A DNA stretch of 64,000 nt from Camelus dromedarius (taxonomy: Eukaryota). Within the stretch, counting starts at the first letter, position 1, and each line of letters begins with the position of its first letter. Below, piece after piece: positions 62,519 through 64,000 of this stretch. Location: assembly GCF_036321535.1 (NCBI RefSeq), contig NC_087437.1, forward strand, positions 50,160,001 through 50,224,000, in the 5' to 3' direction. The translations under genes were made by a program, and so were the position numbers. The notes below the pieces were generated by a model. That model ran no database searches. It saw only the letters and a program-made list of their open reading frames with translations, and had not been told where the DNA came from.

Positions 62519-62720
62519 TAGGGTTGCAAGATAAAATACAGGATGCCCAGTTAAATTAGAATTTCAGATAAACAGTGAGTCATTATTTAGTATAAGTATG
62601 TCCCCAGTAAAGCTCCCAATATTACATGGGACATAACTGTACTAAAAAATGACGTTCTTTTTCCGAAATTCAAATTTAATGGGGTATTTGTATTTTTCTT
62701 TGTAAAATCTAGCAACCCTA
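62519..62720. mobile_element. MER53 palindromic hAT-type MITE
   Basis: TIRs tagggttgc...gcaacccta; internal arms aattagaatttcag/ccgaaattcaaattt and agtatgtccc/gggacataact. Confidence 0.9.
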
Positions 62721-62764
62721 TCCTAAGGACATGTCTGCTTGAGATGGCCTAAAAGGGAACCTAA

Positions 62765-63812
62765 AATTTTAAATAAATTCAATAGTTCAATGTAAAATAA
62801 ATAAATGAAAAATTTGAGAAAATTATAACCTTGAGTATTAAAAGCCTTTCTAACTTAGAAAATTAAGAAGTCATGGAAGAAAAGAGTGATAAGATCCGCT
62901 TTGTAAGAGTTAAAAAAAAAAATTTCTGGGGGAAAAAAATAAGCCATATGAAAAAACAAATAACAATTAGGCAAAAATATTTGCTACTGGAAACTTAGAC
63001 AGATAGCTAATCTCTCACATATATAAAGAGTACCTACAAATCCATGAGTAAATGAAAGATCATTTATCTGATTAAAAAGTTCACAAAGATATACAGAGTA
63101 TTCATAGAAAAGAAAATAGACATGGTTCTTAAATAGGGAAGAAGAAGAAGGAGAAGGAGAGGGAGAAGAAGCAGCCCATGTTGGCAAGACTGCATAAAAA
63201 TACTTCTATATGTTACTGGTGAGAGTATTAATTGGTAGAATTCTTAGGGAGGGCTATCAGACAGTATCTTGCTAAAGCTTCAAATACATATCCTATTGAC
63301 CCAGATAATCTACTTCTAGGAATTTATGCTACATATATACAAATACAAAATGAATTAAGTTTAAGAATATTATCTGAGCACTGTTGTAATGGAAAAAATT
63401 TGGCAACAGCTTAAATGTTCATCAACAGGGGACTGATTAAATAAAGTATGGTACATGCACACAATGGAATACTATGTAAATGTAAAAACAGAATTGAGAA
63501 ATGACTCGTATAGATGTGGAAAAATCTCTAAGTTATATGATGAAAAGTAAAGTGTGTGTAGTATATTAATATATGGGAGTAAAATGAGACAGAAAAGGAG
63601 TATATATATATTTACATTGGCTTCTATTTGCGTTAAGAAATATATCTGATAGGATATATTTAGGATCAATAATAGTGGTTACTTATCAGAGGGATAGGGA
63701 TGTTTGGATGAGGGCAAGGAAGGAAAACAGTCTTTTAATAAATAGCTTTTATATATTTTGTGTTTAAAATAAAACACATGAATGTATTACCAATTTGAAA
63801 AAATAAAAATAT
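62765..63812 (+). mobile_element. Ancient L1ME-type ORF2 end and 3'UTR
   Basis: tgacccagataatctacttctaggaatttatgct...aaatgttcatcaacaggggactgattaaataaagtatggtacat. Confidence 0.8.
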
Positions 63813-64000
63813 ATTATCCCAATTCTGATGTTATTCAAAAATAATAGGGCTTAATTTTTGGATTAAGGTTACAATAATTTTTGAGACTCCTTAATCCTTC
63901 TCCTTACTCCACTGTAATGAATGAATGCTCCCAGTATTGTTTGTATTCTTAGACGAGAGGTATAGAGATAGCATAGTCCCATGACTTGACTCAACTATTC

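Overview
Mammalian, AT-rich, CpG-depleted genomic DNA, very probably from a camelid (alpaca/vicuna/camel): it carries a 5'-truncated copy of a tRNA-derived SINE matching the camelid Vic-1 family as I recall it. There is no prokaryotic-type system, CRISPR array, RNA gene or intact protein-coding gene. The ORF track consists of decayed LINE-1 ORF1/ORF2 remnants, microsatellite translations and chance ORFs. About 7-34.4 kb is an almost continuous pile of nested LINE-1s with LTR and DNA-transposon inserts, and several target-site duplications (TSDs) can be read directly. The rest is ancient-repeat (MIR/L2/MER/MLT) sequence with TE-poor, motif-dense blocks that look like conserved non-coding elements. 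The best non-repeat signal is a 45-nt minus-strand exon candidate (39712-39756) with consensus splice sites. It is frame-compatible with weaker candidates at 57208-57317, 35422-35468 and 979-1044; I could not identify the gene. I found no evidence for a new biological system. The most interesting items are this possible exon chain and several unusual retrotransposition structures: an inverted mini-L1 at a deletion junction, a double-tailed L1 and an inverted L1 pair. Repeat subfamily names are from memory of consensus sequences. Repeat boundaries are approximate unless a TSD is quoted.
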